Origin: Pristiophorus japonicus
Lineage: Eukaryota
Direction: 5' to 3'
Length of the DNA stretch: 64,000 nucleotides
NCBI RefSeq assembly: GCF_044704955.1
Contig: NC_091984.1
Location: forward strand, 143,964,001 to 144,028,000
The position numbers and the translations under genes are program-made. Each line of letters starts with the position of its first letter. Within the stretch, counting starts at the first letter, position 1. The notes under the pieces are model-generated. The model had not been told where the DNA came from and ran no database searches. It saw only the letters and a list, made by a program, of their open reading frames with translations. Positions 61,684 to 64,000 of the stretch are shown in pieces.

Positions 61684-64000
61684 TGTCATATATGCAACCT
61701 TCATGTAACTGTAACCTTCATGTAATAACACTGCATATTGTATATTCCTAAGAAATGCACACCTTGACCACAGGGGGTGAACTTTTGGGAGACACTGCTC
61801 ATCTGGTCTTCCAGGTATATAAAGGGAGGTCCCATGCAGGGTCATCACTTCTTAAAGGTTCAGGTCACAGACTGACCTTGTCTGCAGAATGTGCCTCGTG
61901 TGAATTTATAGTAGGGTGTAAGGACATTACATTTGGCGACAAGAAACGGGAATCAACGACTCACGAGAATGGCCACCGGTAGCACAGAGGAACGGTACTA
62001 TGTTGGTGAGGACTGGGACGATTTCGTTGAGAGGCTCCAGCAGAGCTTTTTCATGAAGGTCTGGCTGAGAGATGCAGCGGCTGACAAGCGAAGGGCGCAT
62101 CTACTGACCAGCTGTGGACCTTAGACGTACGCGCTGATGAAAGACTTGCTCGCACCCGAGAAGCCGGTGGACAAAACCTTTGAAGAGCTCAGCAAACTGA
62201 TCGGTGAGCACCTCAAACCGGCGAGCAGTATACACCGACACCAATTCGATACACACTGACGTCGGGAAGGACAGAGCATACCGGACTTCGTTGCGGACCT
62301 TCGGCGCTCGGCCAGCCACAGTAAGTTCACAGACGCCTGCAGTGGTGACATGTTAAGGGATTTCTTTATTGAGGGCATTGGTCAGGTCGGGATTTTCAGA
62401 CAGCTAATTGAGACCAAGGACTTGACCTTGGAAGCGGTGGCGTTCATGGCTCAGACCTTCATGGCGGGGGAGGAGGAAACCAAGACAACTCTGCTTCCAA
62501 TGAGGCAATGGATCAGGGAGTTAACATTGTAAACGCGACTCAGAATCCCGCAGGCAGGCAAGGGCAATTCAACACCACTCAGGCAGCAACAGACTCTAGA
62601 GTGGGTCCTCAACAGAGAGAATGGCAGGTTGAATGGACATTTACGCCATCACGGTGGACAATGCATCACGAGATGGGGCCATTGACACCCACTAAAAGAG
62701 TGCTCAAGAGTAAACAAAGAGACAATCAGAGAGGAATGCCTGGTAACAGCCCTTTTGTTCACAACAATCTCAGCTCATGCTGGAGGTGCGGGGGCAGACT
62801 TGCTGCAAAAACCTGTAGGTTTCAACAATTTATCTGTAGAAATTGTAACTTCAGTGGACATTTAGCCAGAATATGCAGGAAGCCTGCAGCGAGGCTAATT
62901 TACGAGGCAGATGAACCAGAAGAGGGGTCTGCAAGGCAGGTTGATGCTTGGGACAAAGCTCATATACCAAAACGCCACCCATAATGATGAAAGTCCTATT
63001 AAACAGCATCCCCGGTACACATGGAGCAGGACAGAGGGGCCAGCCAGCCACTTAGGAGTGTCCAACAATTCGAGAAGTTATGGCCACTCCGAGCTAGCAG
63101 ACCCAAACTAGAACGCATTGACACGCAATTACGGATGTACACCAAAGAGATCATCCCAGTGCGAGGCAGTGCAATGTTGCTGGTCACACATAATGGATCA
63201 GAGAACCAGCTGCCACTCTGGAAAATGGTCCCGTGCTATTGCGGAGGAGCTGGCTAGCCGAGATGAACTGGAAATGGGGGGATGTGCACACCATTTCATC
63301 CGTGGAGCGAAGTTCATGCTCACAGGTCTACAGAACTTTGAGTCATGATTTCAACCCGGTGTCGGGACTTTCAAGGGTACCAAAGTAGTGATACGCATTA
63401 CCCCAGACGCCAGACCAGTGCACCACAAAGCCAGAGCTGTGCCGGATGTGATGCGTTAGAAAATTGAGAGCGAGTTGTACAGGTTGCTAAGAGAGGGCAT
63501 AATTATGCCCGTTGAATTCAGTGACTGGGCAAGCCCCATCGTCCCTGTCCTAAAAAAGGATGGCTCGGTCAGGATCTGTGGTGACTATAAGGCCACTATC
63601 AAACGAGTGGTTCTACAAGACCAATACCCGCTTCCGAGAGCGGAGGAACTTTTTGCCATTCTGGCAGGCAGCAAGCTGTTCACCAAGTTGGACCTCACTT
63701 CAGCCTACATGACCTAGGAACTGGCCAAACAATCCAAGCTACTGACAACCATCACCACGCACAAGGGGCTGTTTGTCTACAATAGGTGTCCATTTGGCAT
63801 TCAATCAGCAGCCACTTTCTTTCAAAGGAACATGGAAAGCCTGCTCAAATCCATCCCTGGAACAATCGTATTTCATGACGACATCCTTATCACGAGTCGA
63901 GACACCGAGGAACACCTCCACAACCTGGAGGAGGTGCTACGCCGACTGGAAAGAGTAGGCCTGCGACTAAAGAAGTCCAAGTGTCTGTTTTTGGTCCCAG
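61684..64000 (+). mobile_element. Second Gypsy element inserted in the first: 5' LTR (61684-61931), PBS, defective gag-pro-RT, runs off window
   Basis: TG...CA then ttTGGCGAC; CRNCNFSGHLARIC knuckle; WASPIVPVLKKDGSVRICGDYK, KLDL, FHDDIL; several stops. Confidence 0.92.

Overview
Vertebrate genomic DNA, by its repeat content and Ig organisation from a cartilaginous fish (probably a shark; species not determinable here). Most of the window is decayed transposons: CR1, L2, RTE and Tx1-like LINEs, Deu-type SINEs, Harbinger, Gypsy and ERV pieces. Nearly all ORF-track entries are LINE fragments, their antisense shadows or low-complexity read-through. The one host gene is a complete unrearranged immunoglobulin light-chain cluster of kappa (nurse shark NS4-like) type on the + strand: promoter (15660-15756), leader (15816-15864), V (16045-16342) with 12-RSS, 23-RSS and single J (17675-17709), a 16.1-kb intron, and C (33816-34144). 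All frames and splice sites are intact. Oddities of the cluster: J has FSKG instead of FGxG, the J nonamer is degenerate, an untrimmed V-J join makes TAG, the octamer is variant but a perfect Ets-IRF element lies upstream, and the 3' UTR is cut by transposons before any polyA signal. Other signals: a duplicated block on both sides of C carrying a CTCF motif, an internal retroviral fragment with a 7-bp target duplication in the intron, a minisatellite of DR3 motifs upstream of V, and mosaic CR1 copies. No novel multi-gene system is supported; the regulatory ideas are hypotheses from motif reading.
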